Source: Selaginella moellendorffii (taxonomy: Eukaryota > Plantae > Lycopodiophyta). From it: a DNA stretch of 38,878 bases. Position numbers and translations under genes: made by a program. The stretch is from positions 37,486 to 76,363 of the forward strand of contig NW_003314337.1 in NCBI RefSeq assembly GCF_000143415.4. The letters are read 5' to 3'. Positions 10,170 to 20,709 of this stretch are shown here, one piece after another. How positions within the stretch are numbered: the stretch's first letter is position 1; the number at the start of each line of letters is the position of its first letter. The notes under the pieces are model-generated. The model searched no databases, had not been told where the DNA came from, and saw only the letters and a list, made by a program, of their open reading frames with translations.

Positions 10170-10199
10170 TAATGCCATTAAACTTTTGCTAGTTAGGGG

Positions 10200-12345
10200 A
10201 TTGTATTGACTTACTTTGACTTTTGTTGACTTTCATTGATTTGAGCTCAGCTCGTGAGCTCAACTCAAAAACTACTCAGCCCCGCCTTCTTTACTACAGT
10301 GGCAAATGGTCTCCATTTCCACTTGACATCTCCCTCATGCTCTACTCTATAGTATGGGGTCCATTGTTGTCGCCAAGCTGCCAAAGCCACCCTTTTTTTG
10401 TGTTCCTGGAGTAATGTATCCCTCAAGCAAACTACAGCCAGTGTGAGCCTCCACCAATTTGCCATGATTGCCAAAATCTGAGCATTCTATCCCTCGAAGT
10501 GGTTATGGTTCCGAGCTTCCCAAAATGTCTATACCCCGGATGCCCACCATATCTCCCATCTAGACTGCCCAAGGGCCTCCCACATTGGGGTCCCGACCTC
10601 GGCTCCTACGGTATCCCACTTGAATCGGGTGCCCCATCCTGAATGTCCCCAACAACCAATCTTCCACCAAGCTACTCTTGTGCATGGCCCCCTTGCTTCT
10701 GGGAACCATTGGGTGACATCCCCTTCGCATATTTCAAATCCTGATTGCTCCCTAGTTCCCTTATCGCCTTCACTACCTGCCTCCACTTCGACTTTGCCAC
10801 ATTACACTCCCAGAGGAGGTGTGCTACTGTCTCTAGAGCCCCACATTCTGAACACTTGCGAGCATCCTCCGCTTGAAAATGCTGTCCTACTGGCAAGCCA
10901 TTTGTCACCACAAGCCAAGAGGTGACCTTTGACTTCTCCTGGATTGGTAGTTTCCAGAACAGCATTGTGTTGTCAATCACTTGGTCCACTTCCACTCCTA
11001 TTGCGATCCAGCTTTGCCACAGTCTTGGTATTTTTTCTCTCTTGAATTCCTTGTTCACCATCAGTCTGTTCAGTGCATCCTTAACCTCGTATGTAAAGAA
11101 TCCATTTGCTCCACATCTCCACACTGCTAGGTCCGAGTCTAGGTCTTCTATGAGCTCCTTCCGCCACCATACTAAGTGTCTATCTCCTTCTAGCCAGCAT
11201 GCTGATTCTATCACCTCTATCTGAGTTGGTGACTGTTGCAAGACCTGAATTCATCCTTTTACTTTGTCATTTGTGACCTGAGGCATTGTCTGAATACCCC
11301 CTACCTTGAGGAGAGTGTCTCCTCACACCACTCAAAAAATCCTGCCGAGTTTTTTATTTGGATCCATCACAAAACACACCTCTGTCTCCCCTTCATTCTA
11401 GGCTGGAGTTGGTGCTGTGATGCCCGAGACCATCTCCCAAGTGGAACCTGCTCCCCATCTGGCGTATCCTCCCATTGGATTGCCACAAAGTCCCCAGCAT
11501 GTAGTCTTCTTGCTGGCCATTTATCCATCGTTCTTGCCCCTGTCACTGCCATCAATAGCCTCAGCAGGTCCAGCTGCACATTTCGCCACTTCCATGGCCC
11601 AAAGACTTGGAAGTGCTAGGAAGATTTCTGTTGGTCCGGGTCTATCACTTTGACTAATTGCTTGACTTTCCTGAATCCTCCTTGATGTATGCACCTCCAT
11701 ATAGTGTAGTGGTTCTTGCGGCCCAGTGTTCTGTCCCCTGCTTTGAACAGCTCGTTAAAGAAGAGAGGCTGGTTCAGCTAGTCCTCCACTCTGGTTGGTT
11801 TGACCTGCGTCAATGGGAATGGCTTCCAGAGTCGATGTGAACTCTGGACCAACTGGCCTCCCCCTACCACCTGCATTTTTCCTTCCGCAAACATCCACTG
11901 GGGGTCCTCATCCCACACTCTTGCGAATCCGTGCCTTGGTCTGATCGCCAGCATGCTCTACTTGAAAAGAAGCTTCCAAGCTTGGGCCCCTAATTGGAGG
12001 CCAATTAGTATGACTTTATACCTCAACGCTTTGCTCATGTCACTTGGATTGATTATCCCCAATCCTCCTAGAACTCGTAGCCTCGTTGTGGACTACCATG
12101 CCACTTTGGCCATCATCTGGCCACTAACCAGCGCCCCCTTCCACACATACATATGCACCATTGACCTTATACGTTTGATTGTTGTCTTCAAAACCAGCCA
12201 TATTGAGAGGTGGTACCATGTACACGGTAGTACGATGCTTTTCGCCACCACCACTCTTGCCGGTAGTCCTAGTTTCCGTGGAGCCCATTTTTGAATCGCT
12301 GTCCTGATCCTCTACAACAACATTGAGTTGGAGAGGATCAATGTT
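10200..12345 (-). mobile_element. 5'-truncated, degenerate L1/Tx1-like LINE (RT C-terminus + zf-RVT)
   Basis: Minus-strand frames give KWAPRKLGLPARVVVAKSIVLPCTWY, KVAW*...LGGLGI, FWKLPIQEKSKVTSWLVVTNGLP and CSECGALETVAHLLWEC. Short TTGAC-type repeats lie at the 3' end near 10200-10245. Confidence 0.85.
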
Positions 12346-12928
12346 ACAGCTTGCTTTGTGATCATTCTCAAGCACTTCGTTGGGAGTTCCACTCCCGCTC
12401 ATGACCTTTTGAGTTGGAGTTTTTAGTCCTTATGTGTTACACTCATTTGGCTTCTGCCTCAACCACTACCACATGGCACCCTTTCGGCTCCTCTTTGGGA
12501 CCTAGGGATTTGATGTCTCACATTTTGGTCTTGGCCTTGATCTTGGACCCAATCTCAATCTCCATCTCAAATTTGACCTCAGACTCCACCATCTCAAACT
12601 TTACTTCTAAATCCACGTCATATTGCACTCCTCAGGCACCATCTCAGACTTCATCTTAGACTTTTTCTCAGACTCAATCCTGACACTTTCCATGTGTCAT
12701 GACACTTGCCATGTATCAATCCTTCTTACGTCCTTTTGTAGAGATTCATTTATTGATTATTTATGCTCATTTCTAAAGCACTTTTGTTTGGAATTTCACC
12801 CCCACACTCAACTTATCAAGTTGAAACTTTTGGTCCAAACGTATTATGCTTATTGGACTTCCACTTTGGTCACTACCATGTAGCACCTTTTTAGTTCCAC
12901 TTTGGGGCTTAGAGATTTGTGTCTCACA
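12346..12928 (-). repeat. Two adjacent decayed 5' fragments of the 'TGTGAGAC' LTR-like repeat (12346-12522, 12523-12928)
   Basis: Both end in GTCTCACA on the plus strand and match the reverse complement of 18534-18780. The second includes a decayed GAGATGGAGTC array. Confidence 0.75.
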
Positions 12929-12965
12929 ACTCCACCATCTATAAATAAAGTTTGATATCTTTATC

Positions 12966-13198
12966 TGTTATGATCCGGCGCAAAAAGACAAAGATCTAGT
13001 TGCCCAAGACTATGCTACGCCACCTCTTGAGGTTCCTCACCACCCAACCACCCCCGAGCTACCTCAAAAGCTCCACTGCGCCGCCGCTCCACTGTGAGCC
13101 CTAGGGTAGGTTAAGTCCCTTACCCTAACATGCCTTAATATACCCTTGAGCCTCCCTTTGACCGACGTTGACCACGTAGTCAAAGCTGGCGCCTAACA
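12966..13198 (-). repeat. 3' LTR, family A
   Basis: TG...CA, adjacent to the PPT. Identical to 17661-17893 except for one C/T. Confidence 0.97.
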
Positions 13199-13272
13199 AT
13201 TCTTCCCCCCCAACAAAGTCCTTGTCCCAAGGACGAGTTGTACCGGTGATCACCCTTTCTGGGGAATCCTGC

Positions 13273-16200
13273 TCAAGCTCCTGGTCCATCTTCCACAGCC
13301 GTATACATCAAGGAGGCATTGGGCCCGTCACTCCGAGATAGTACACCTTTCAACTGGCTGACATAAAATACCGGATGAATTTTCACCCCAACTGGCAGCC
13401 GCACTCGATAAGCCGCTTTACCAATGCACTCCAGCACTTCATATGGACCAGCATATCGATGGGAAAGTTTATCACTCTTCCCTGTCCGTAAAGGCACCAA
13501 GGTGTTCCGCCGCTCACTTGACGGAAAGATCACTCGCACAAAGACGACATCACCCACCTTATATTCCCGGAATTGGCGATGCTCATTGGCAAACTTCTCC
13601 GCTCTATCCTGAGCTGCTTGCAAATTCCGTTTGCACACCACCAGAATCTCATCAAGTTTTGTGGCCAGATCAGTTGCCTCGGAATCAAGCTTATCTTGAA
13701 CGTCCTTACTCAAATGCAATCCCAACTCCACCGCTGTTCGAGGATGCCTTCCAAACATGGCAAAGTAAGGACTTAGCTTGGTTCCACTGTGTTGGCTATT
13801 GTTGTAAGCAAATTGCACCAACGGAAGATATAAATCCCACTGTCCTTGCCTTTGACCAATGCTACAACGTAGCATATCCTCCACCACCTGATTCACACGC
13901 TCAGTTTGCCCATCCGTCTGAGGATGATCTCCACTCGAGAGTTTCAAAGTCACTTGCATAGCCTTTGCAAAGCTTTTCCAAAATCCACTAGTGAACTTTG
14001 AATCTCGATCACTAATGATGTCCTCCGGCAAACCAAAATCAGGAAAAACCTTCTCCAAGTAAACCGCAGCCAAGTCTGAGGCAGTGACAGTCTTCCGAAG
14101 AGCCAACAACCGCACATACTTCGTCAACCGATCCACTATGACCCATACTTGCTCCTTTTGCCTCTGTGTTCGTGGCAAACAAGTGATGAAGTCCATAGAG
14201 ATACTACACCAACGGCTCTGAGGAATAGGTAAAGGTTGCAAAAGTCCCCCCGGCTTCTCCCGTGGCACCTTAACCCGCTGACAAAGCTCACATGATTTAC
14301 AATACTTGAGGATATCAGCCTTCATATTCCTCCAATAAAAGTTGCGCTTAATCAACTCATACATCTTCTTCCCCCCAAAATGACCGGCCTCTGGACGATC
14401 ATGATAGTGGAATAAAACTTGAGTAATTAACGCATCCACCCGTGGCAAATAGACACGGCCATTGTAGTAGAGAATCCCATCTACCAATGAGAAAGGAGCT
14501 TCCATCTGGTCTCGCAAAGAGGCCACCTCAGCATCCTGAGCCTGAGCATGCTCAACCAACTGCCCAAACTCGCTGACCACCTTACTCAAATGATGACAAA
14601 ATCGTGTTCGTAACGTCGTCACATGACGAACACGAGATGAAGCATCCGCCACCACATTTGATTTTCCCGGACGATGCTCAATAGGAAACTCCCCAAACTC
14701 CATGAGTTTGACCATCCAACGAGCTTGCCTAGTGTTCAACTCCTTCTGTGTGAAAAGATACACAAGTGGTTTGTGATCTGTCAACACCACGAACACTGCA
14801 CCATAAAGATAGTGTCGCCACGTACGCAAAGCATGAACAATAGAGAGTAACTCTTGCTCATATGTGGAATAGCGTTGCTCCGCGGAATTCAAAGTTCGAC
14901 TCTCATATGCAATAGGCTGTCCCTCTTGCATGAGAACTCCTCCCAGTGCATAACCACTCGCATCGCATGTCACCTCGTAAGGCTTCGATGGATCAGCAAT
15001 GCGAAGCACTGGAGCCTCGATCAACAATCGTTTCAGCGCCACAAAACTCTCCTCTTGTGGCGTCTTCCACTCGAATGGCACATTCTTGCGTAACAACCGC
15101 GTCAACGGAATAGCCACCTCTGCAAACTTATGCTGGAAACGTCGGTAGTAACTAGCCATACCAAGAAAACTGCGCAACTCGGCCACTGTAGTTGGTGTAG
15201 GCCAGTTTTCCACCACAGCCACCTTCCTTGGATCCGTCTTGACACCCTTAGATGTCACAATATGGCCTAGATATTCCACCTCCGACTTTGCAAATTCACA
15301 TTTGCTCTTCTTCGCATAAAGTTTGCTGTCTCGAAGTAACGAAAGAACCTTGCGCAAATGCACCCTATGCTCCTCCATATTCTTGCTAAAAACAAGAATA
15401 TCATCCAAGAAAATCTCCACAAACTCATGAAGATAACGCCCAAATACCTCCGTCATCAACCGAGTAAATGTGGCCGGTGCATTCGTCAAACCAAACGGCA
15501 TAACGGTAAACTCAAAATGTCTGAAGTTTGTGTTGAATGCTGTCTTGGAGATAGATGCATCATCCATTGCAATCTGATGATATCCACTCCTCAGATCAAT
15601 CTTGGTAAACACTCGTGCTTCACCAAGCTTGTCTAGGATATCATCCACACGTGGCATCGGCATCTTGTCCTTCACTATCTTCTTGTTTAAAGCACGGTAG
15701 TCAATACACATCCGCATTGAACCGTCCTTCTTCTTCACAAGCAAGACCGGAGCACCAAACGGAGACTTACTTGGCTGAATAAATCCAAACTCAAGTAACT
15801 CCTTGACTTGTCGTTGAACTTCTTGCTCCTCCGCATAACTTAACCGAAATGGACGCCGGTAAATTGGCCGCGTCCCCGGCTCCAATGTAATCCCATGCTC
15901 CACACCTCGTAATGGAGGCAATCCATGAGGAAGTTCAGATGGAAAAACATTAGAAAACTCATCAAGTACATCCCATACTGCTGCTTCTCCCCCACACGTG
16001 CCTTGGTCCCCCAAGTCACGAACAAACAGCAAGTAACTTGAAAGTGCTTTTCCATTACGACAAGCCTGCTTCAAAGATGTAGCAGAGAGCATAACAACTG
16101 GTGGTTGAACGCCCTCGCCAAACCACACATCTTTAACGCCACCATACTCCAGTGAGATATGCTTAATGCTCCACTTGATCTCTGGATCCACCTTCACCAA

Positions 16201-17637
16201 CCATGGCATCCCAAGAATGAGATCCACACGATGGATATCCGCGAGATAAAAAGTCTCCACAAGTGTGGTTTTGCCAACCAACACTTCCAGCCCCTCGACA
16301 CAAGCATCGAAATGCTGAGCAAAGGTAGCTGCACCTTCCACTGTGTATGGAACAACTCCACGTGTGTTCAGGCGATGCTCCGCAACAAACTTTGCCGAAA
16401 CAAAGTTGTCATCGCTCCCACTATCCAGTAAAATCCGCATTGGATCGCCACGGAACACGCCCTCCAGCATTAAAGCTGATTCACGTGTATCCTCGAGCTC
16501 CATCTTGTTCCACACACAGTTGAGTTGACGAGCAACGATCGAAAGTCTCTTCCTCCGACTGGAATGGTCGTTCTCGTCATCCTCACGCTGTAAAGCTTGC
16601 AACTTTTTAGTATCTGACTTACCGTGAGAAGATGATTGGCCATTCTTCTTGTCCTGCTGCTTGTTCTTCAACTGCGGACAATCAGCCTTGTAGTGTCCAA
16701 GTTTGCCGCAATGATGACAACCCTGTCTATAATTCTTCACAAAGAACTTCTGCTTCTTGGACCCCTTTGCATCTGAAGTAGTCACCACTGACTTCAACTT
16801 GTGATGCTTGTTCCCCTCCTTGTGTCCACGGCGATCATCACGACGATTCGCGACAGAAGGACTCCGCAAACGCTTGCGAGACTTGTGCTTGTCATTGTCA
16901 AGGCGACGAGCCACATCAAAGAGCTCCTCCAAACTCTTTGTAGGCTGAGAATGACGCAAGTGTTGCCGCATACTCTCACTATGGAGGCCATCAATGAAGT
17001 AGGACTTGTTCTGATCTGGATCCTTCGTTAGAACACGACTAATCAAGCGAGTAAGCTTCTCAATATAGTCCCCAAGCGTCATTTTCCCTTGCTGGAAATG
17101 GCGAAGTTCTGTACGAACATTCTCCACGTCGTAATGAGGGGCAAAACGTAAACAAAAAGCAGCCTCAAACTCATCCATGGTAGACACCGGTGGTTTCTTA
17201 TCCGCAACACGGGACTCCTCAAGCCAATTCCACCATCGAAGACCCGCATCACGCAAAACCATCGGAATAGCCACTAAAGCCTCTGCATCTGGAGTTCCTT
17301 TAGCAGCCAAGAACTTCTTCACATTGGCTAGCCAAGCGAGACACTCGTCCACACCACCATCACCGGAAAAGGTTGGAATCTTGAGTCGATCTACCAAAGA
17401 AGGCTTACTTGGAGTGCTACCCCGTCCAGCCTCGAGTGCCTCAACACGCCCACGCATGGTATCCATCATGCCATGCATCTCGTCTTGCATCTCTTGCTGA
17501 TTTTTATTAAGGGCTCGCAGCTCATGAACCACATCTTGAATGGTCCAAATCTCCGCAGCTTCGTCGGCACCATCGTCGGCACCACCGTCGGCACCACCAT
17601 CGATGATAGGATTCCAGCGTTCAGCTTGGTCGGCCAT
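13273..17637 (-). CDS. Gag-Pol polyprotein (gag, CCHC, protease, RT, RNase H, integrase; no chromodomain)
   Basis: Motifs: CHHCGKLGHYKADC; LLDSGS; DYRALN, KIDLRSGYHQI, MPFGLTNAPATF, FLDDIL; CDASG; H..H...CKSCELC; MDFIT, SDRD, QTDGQTERVN; GPYEV. The RT-RH-IN order is gypsy. First ATG is at 17637; the ORF track starts at TTG 17646. Confidence 0.97.
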   Translation of the reverse strand: MADQAERWNPIIDGGADGGADDGADEAAEIWTIQDVVHELRALNKNQQEMQDEMHGMMDTMRGRVEALEAGRGSTPSKPSLVDRLKIPTFSGDGGVDECLAWLANVKKFLAAKGTPDAEALVAIPMVLRDAGLRWWNWLEESRVADKKPPVSTMDEFEAAFCLRFAPHYDVENVRTELRHFQQGKMTLGDYIEKLTRLISRVLTKDPDQNKSYFIDGLHSESMRQHLRHSQPTKSLEELFDVARRLDNDKHKSRKRLRSPSVANRRDDRRGHKEGNKHHKLKSVVTTSDAKGSKKQKFFVKNYRQGCHHCGKLGHYKADCPQLKNKQQDKKNGQSSSHGKSDTKKLQALQREDDENDHSSRRKRLSIVARQLNCVWNKMELEDTRESALMLEGVFRGDPMRILLDSGSDDNFVSAKFVAEHRLNTRGVVPYTVEGAATFAQHFDACVEGLEVLVGKTTLVETFYLADIHRVDLILGMPWLVKVDPEIKWSIKHISLEYGGVKDVWFGEGVQPPVVMLSATSLKQACRNGKALSSYLLFVRDLGDQGTCGGEAAVWDVLDEFSNVFPSELPHGLPPLRGVEHGITLEPGTRPIYRRPFRLSYAEEQEVQRQVKELLEFGFIQPSKSPFGAPVLLVKKKDGSMRMCIDYRALNKKIVKDKMPMPRVDDILDKLGEARVFTKIDLRSGYHQIAMDDASISKTAFNTNFRHFEFTVMPFGLTNAPATFTRLMTEVFGRYLHEFVEIFLDDILVFSKNMEEHRVHLRKVLSLLRDSKLYAKKSKCEFAKSEVEYLGHIVTSKGVKTDPRKVAVVENWPTPTTVAELRSFLGMASYYRRFQHKFAEVAIPLTRLLRKNVPFEWKTPQEESFVALKRLLIEAPVLRIADPSKPYEVTCDASGYALGGVLMQEGQPIAYESRTLNSAEQRYSTYEQELLSIVHALRTWRHYLYGAVFVVLTDHKPLVYLFTQKELNTRQARWMVKLMEFGEFPIEHRPGKSNVVADASSRVRHVTTLRTRFCHHLSKVVSEFGQLVEHAQAQDAEVASLRDQMEAPFSLVDGILYYNGRVYLPRVDALITQVLFHYHDRPEAGHFGGKKMYELIKRNFYWRNMKADILKYCKSCELCQRVKVPREKPGGLLQPLPIPQSRWCSISMDFITCLPRTQRQKEQVWVIVDRLTKYVRLLALRKTVTASDLAAVYLEKVFPDFGLPEDIISDRDSKFTSGFWKSFAKAMQVTLKLSSGDHPQTDGQTERVNQVVEDMLRCSIGQRQGQWDLYLPLVQFAYNNSQHSGTKLSPYFAMFGRHPRTAVELGLHLSKDVQDKLDSEATDLATKLDEILVVCKRNLQAAQDRAEKFANEHRQFREYKVGDVVFVRVIFPSSERRNTLVPLRTGKSDKLSHRYAGPYEVLECIGKAAYRVRLPVGVKIHPVFYVSQLKGVLSRSDGPNASLMYTAVEDGPGA

Positions 17638-17660
17638 CGCAACCAATTCTCTGATACCAA

Positions 17661-17893
17661 TGTTATGATCCGGCGCAAAAAGACAAAGATCTAGTTGCCC
17701 AAGACTATGCTACGCCACCTCTTGAGGTTCCTCACCACCCAACCACCCCCGAGCTACCTCAAAAGCTCCACTGCGCCGCCGCTCCACTGTGAGCCCTAGG
17801 GTAGGTTAAGTCCCTTACCCTAACATGCCTTAATATACCCTTGAGCCTCCCTTTGACCGACGTTGACCACGTAGTCAAAGCTGGTGCCTAACA
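17661..17893 (-). repeat. 5' LTR, family A
   Basis: TG...CA. Followed on the minus strand by the TTGGTATCAGAG PBS. Contains a TATATTAA box. Confidence 0.97.
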
Positions 17894-18159
17894 TTATCAA
17901 ACGATAAACCATTTATAAAGTAACTCTATATGATTTTCATCCTTAACACCATGCCAATATTTGTTATTAATTTGACACTAAAGGCTCACCATGCCTTCCC
18001 ACTAGCACTTTTAATCAAATTGTCCTCCCGTCAATAATGGTACACAACACCTTAAGCCTAGCATAATAGTTGCGCTTCAAGTAGGTGAAGTTGCTCCTTA
18101 TCTAGATGTGTAATTAGGGAGGATGTATTGATTAGGCATGCATCCTTCTGCTTATCAGA

Positions 18160-18259
18160 NNNNNNNNNNNNNNNNNNNNNNNNNNNNNNNNNNNNNNNNN
18201 NNNNNNNNNNNNNNNNNNNNNNNNNNNNNNNNNNNNNNNNNNNNNNNNNNNNNNNNNNN
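18160..18259. other. Assembly gap (100 N)
   Basis: Run of N. Confidence 1.
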
Positions 18260-18533
18260 ACAATAAAAGAGTCATAAGATTATCCATATAGTTGAGGCTG
18301 GTGCTCATGAATTTGAGACCAGAATTAATGACTATGAGAGGTCAAATATGGATGAGGACACGAGTCTTTGAAATGGTAGTCGGGGCTACCTTTTATAAAT
18401 GTTGGAAAAAACCCAAGGAGTTGGGGGTGTATTTAGAGGATGAGTTGGTATTCTCATCATAGGGACAGATAGTCCTAAAGGGCAAAGGTAGCCCACAAGG
18501 AACGAAAAATAATCAAGTGTTGGAGTAACACTT

Positions 18534-19212
18534 TGTGAGACACAAAATCCCTAGGCCCCAAAGTGGAGCCAAAAGGGTGCCACGTGGTAGTGGCTGAAGC
18601 GAAAGCCAAACGAACGTAACATGTTTGGACTAAAAGCTCTGACTTGAAAGGTCGAGAGCGGGAGTGGAACTCCCAACAAAGTGCTCGAGGAACAAGCACG
18701 AAGCGAGCAATAAGCGAGGCTCCAAAAAGGGACCCAAAAGGACCAACACATGACATGTGGAAGTATCTAAGATGGAGTCCAAGATGGAGTCCGAGCTGGA
18801 GTCCGAGATGGAGTCCGAGGTGGAGTTCGAGGTGGAGTCCGAGATGGAGTCCGAGATGGAGTCCGAGATGGAGTCCGAGATGGAGTCCGAGGTGGAGTCC
18901 GAGATGAAGTCTGAGATGGACTAAGATGGAGTCCGAGATGGACCCGAGATGGAGTCCGAGATGGACCGAGATGGAGTCCGAGATGGACCCGAGATGGAGT
19001 TCGAGATGGACCCGAGATGGAGTTCGAAATGGACCCAAGATGGAGTTCAAGATGGACTTAAGATGGAGTCCAAGATGGACCCGAGATGGAGTCCCCAAGT
19101 CCTGAATTAGACTTATGGAGGTTGTGAATAAGACTCCTCCAAGAGGTCAGAGGTGTGGTTAAGTGACTAAAGTAGAATGGAAAAATTAGTCGTTTACAAT
19201 TTGGTATCGAAG
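18534..19212 (+). mobile_element. LTR-like unit (TGTGAGAC...GTTTACA, 18534-19198) with internal satellite, followed by a PBS-like TGGTATCGAAG
   Basis: TG...CA ends and a PBS-like sequence at 19202-19212. Gag-like decayed sequence follows and recurs at 21540-21860. Confidence 0.55.
18770..19094 (+). repeat. Tandem array of the GAGATGGAGTCC 12-mer and variants
   Basis: Direct inspection. Confidence 0.95.
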
Positions 19213-20112
19213 TTGTTCCTTAGTCTAACTTTTATTGGTGTTTAAGTATATCACCACTAGTGTTGGCATCAGAAGGTCCTAGAGGTAGGCCTATCCTTGA
19301 GGAGTAGTAGGTTGGAAAGACATAACTCTCCACTACAGTTCATATATGAAGTTGTAGGCAAAGTGGTGGATAGAAAAGGGCCAATAAAGGAACAACTTTG
19401 GGATCTTGGGAATAGTATAAGATTTTCCTCAAAGAGTTGAGGGGGCCAATCTGGGAATGTCTTTGGGATCTTGGGAACAATATAAAATCTTCCTTAGAGA
19501 GTTGAGGATGTGATGCAGATGAGCGTTTGACTTAGCAAACTGGCTAATGTAGTTGTGGTAAATAACTATAGTTGGGATCATGGGAAAGATAGAGACTCTA
19601 AAACAATAAAAGAGTCATAAGATTATCCATATAGTTGAGGCTGGTGCTCATGAATTTGAGACCAGAATTAATGACTATGAGAGGTCAAATATGGATGAGG
19701 ACACGAGTCTTTGAAATGGTAGTCGGGGCTACCTTTTATAAATGTTGGAAAAAACCCAAGGAGTTGGGGGTGTATTTAGAGGATGAGTTGGTATTCTCAT
19801 CATAGGGACAGATAGTCCTAAAGGGCAAAGGTAGCCCACAAGGAACGAAAAATAATCAAGTGTTGGAGTAACACTTTGTGAGACACAAAATCCCTAGGCC
19901 CCAAAGTGGAGCCAAAAGGGTGCCACGTGGTAGTGGCTGAAGCGAAAGCCAAACGAACGTAACATGTTTGGACTAAAAGCTCTGACTTGAAAGGTCGAGA
20001 GCGGGAGTGGAACTCCCAACAAAGTGCTCGAGGAACAAGCACGAAGCGAGCAATAAGCGAGGCTCCAAAAAGGGACCCAAAAGGACCAACACATGACATG
20101 TGGAAGTATCTA

Positions 20113-20630
20113 AGATGGAGTCCAAGATGGAGTCCGAGCTGGAGTCCGAGATGGAGTCCGAGGTGGAGTTCGAGGTGGAGTCCGAGATGGAGTCCGAGAT
20201 GGAGTCCGAGATGGAGTCCGAGATGGAGTCCGAGGTGGAGTCCGAGATGAAGTCTGAGATGGACTAAGATGGAGTCCGAGATGGACCCGAGATGGAGTCC
20301 GAGATGGACCGAGATGGAGTCCGAGATGGACCCGAGATGGAGTCCGAGATGGACCGAGATGGAGTTCGAGATGGACCCGAGATGGAGTCCGAGATGGACC
20401 GAGATGGAGTCCGAGATGGACCCGAGATGGAGTCCGAGATGGACCCGAGGTGGAGTCCGAAGTCGAGACCGAGACGGAGATCGAGACTGGGACCGGGACC
20501 GAGACCGAGACCGAGACCGGGACCGAGACCGAGACCGAGGTTGAGGCCGAGACCAAGCCCAAGTCCAAGTCCGAGTCCGAGTCCGAGTCCAAATCCAAGT
20601 CTGAGTCCGAGTTCGAGTTCGAGTTCGAGT
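20113..20630 (+). repeat. Compound tandem array: 12-mers, then a 45 bp higher-order unit (12+11+12+10), then 6-mers (GAGACC/GAGTCC/GAGTTC)
   Basis: Direct inspection. The 15-aa periodicity in spurious ORFs (MESEMDPRWSPRWTE) reflects the 45 bp unit. Confidence 0.95.
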
Positions 20631-20709
20631 GTGAGAGGGTGAAAGCCCAAAGCGTTCGTCTCCCAGACCCTGGGGGGTTTGGTGAGCTCTAAAAGTATAG
20701 TAAGGGGGA

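Larger units (their letters stand above)
5061..10192 (+). mobile_element. Putative non-autonomous DNA element (Helitron-like ends) carrying a ParB-methyltransferase gene
   Basis: A|TC at 5060/5061, where retroelement homology stops. A GC-containing hairpin at 10148-10169 is followed by CTAG|T at 10189-10193. The same palindromic motif occurs near both ends. No transposase or RepHel was seen, and the hairpin-to-CTAG spacing (19 nt) is longer than canonical. Confidence 0.4.
12966..17893 (-). mobile_element. Full-length, very young Ty3/gypsy LTR retrotransposon (family A, 4928 bp)
   Basis: 233 bp LTRs differ at one base. TTATC TSD at 12961-12965 and 17894-17898. Met-tRNA PBS at 17649-17659 and PPT at about 13199-13211. 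Single uninterrupted gag-pol ORF. Confidence 0.98.
18260..20330 (+). repeat. Near-identical direct duplication (about 18260-18990 vs 19603-20330, offset 1343 bp)
   Basis: Identical ORF translations at offset 1343 (18551/19894, 18644/19987). The first copy abuts the gap. Confidence 0.9.

Noticed and set aside
13424-17694. Short antisense or alternate-frame ORFs over gag-pol (also 2623-4441)
   Set aside because: They are shadows of the polyprotein, and their recurrence just reflects the two family-A copies.
18475-20692. ORFs with LHLG, SPRW, SRTP, ETET and LGLG repeats
   Set aside because: They are translations of the 6/12/45 bp tandem arrays, open in several frames on both strands, so they are not credible proteins.
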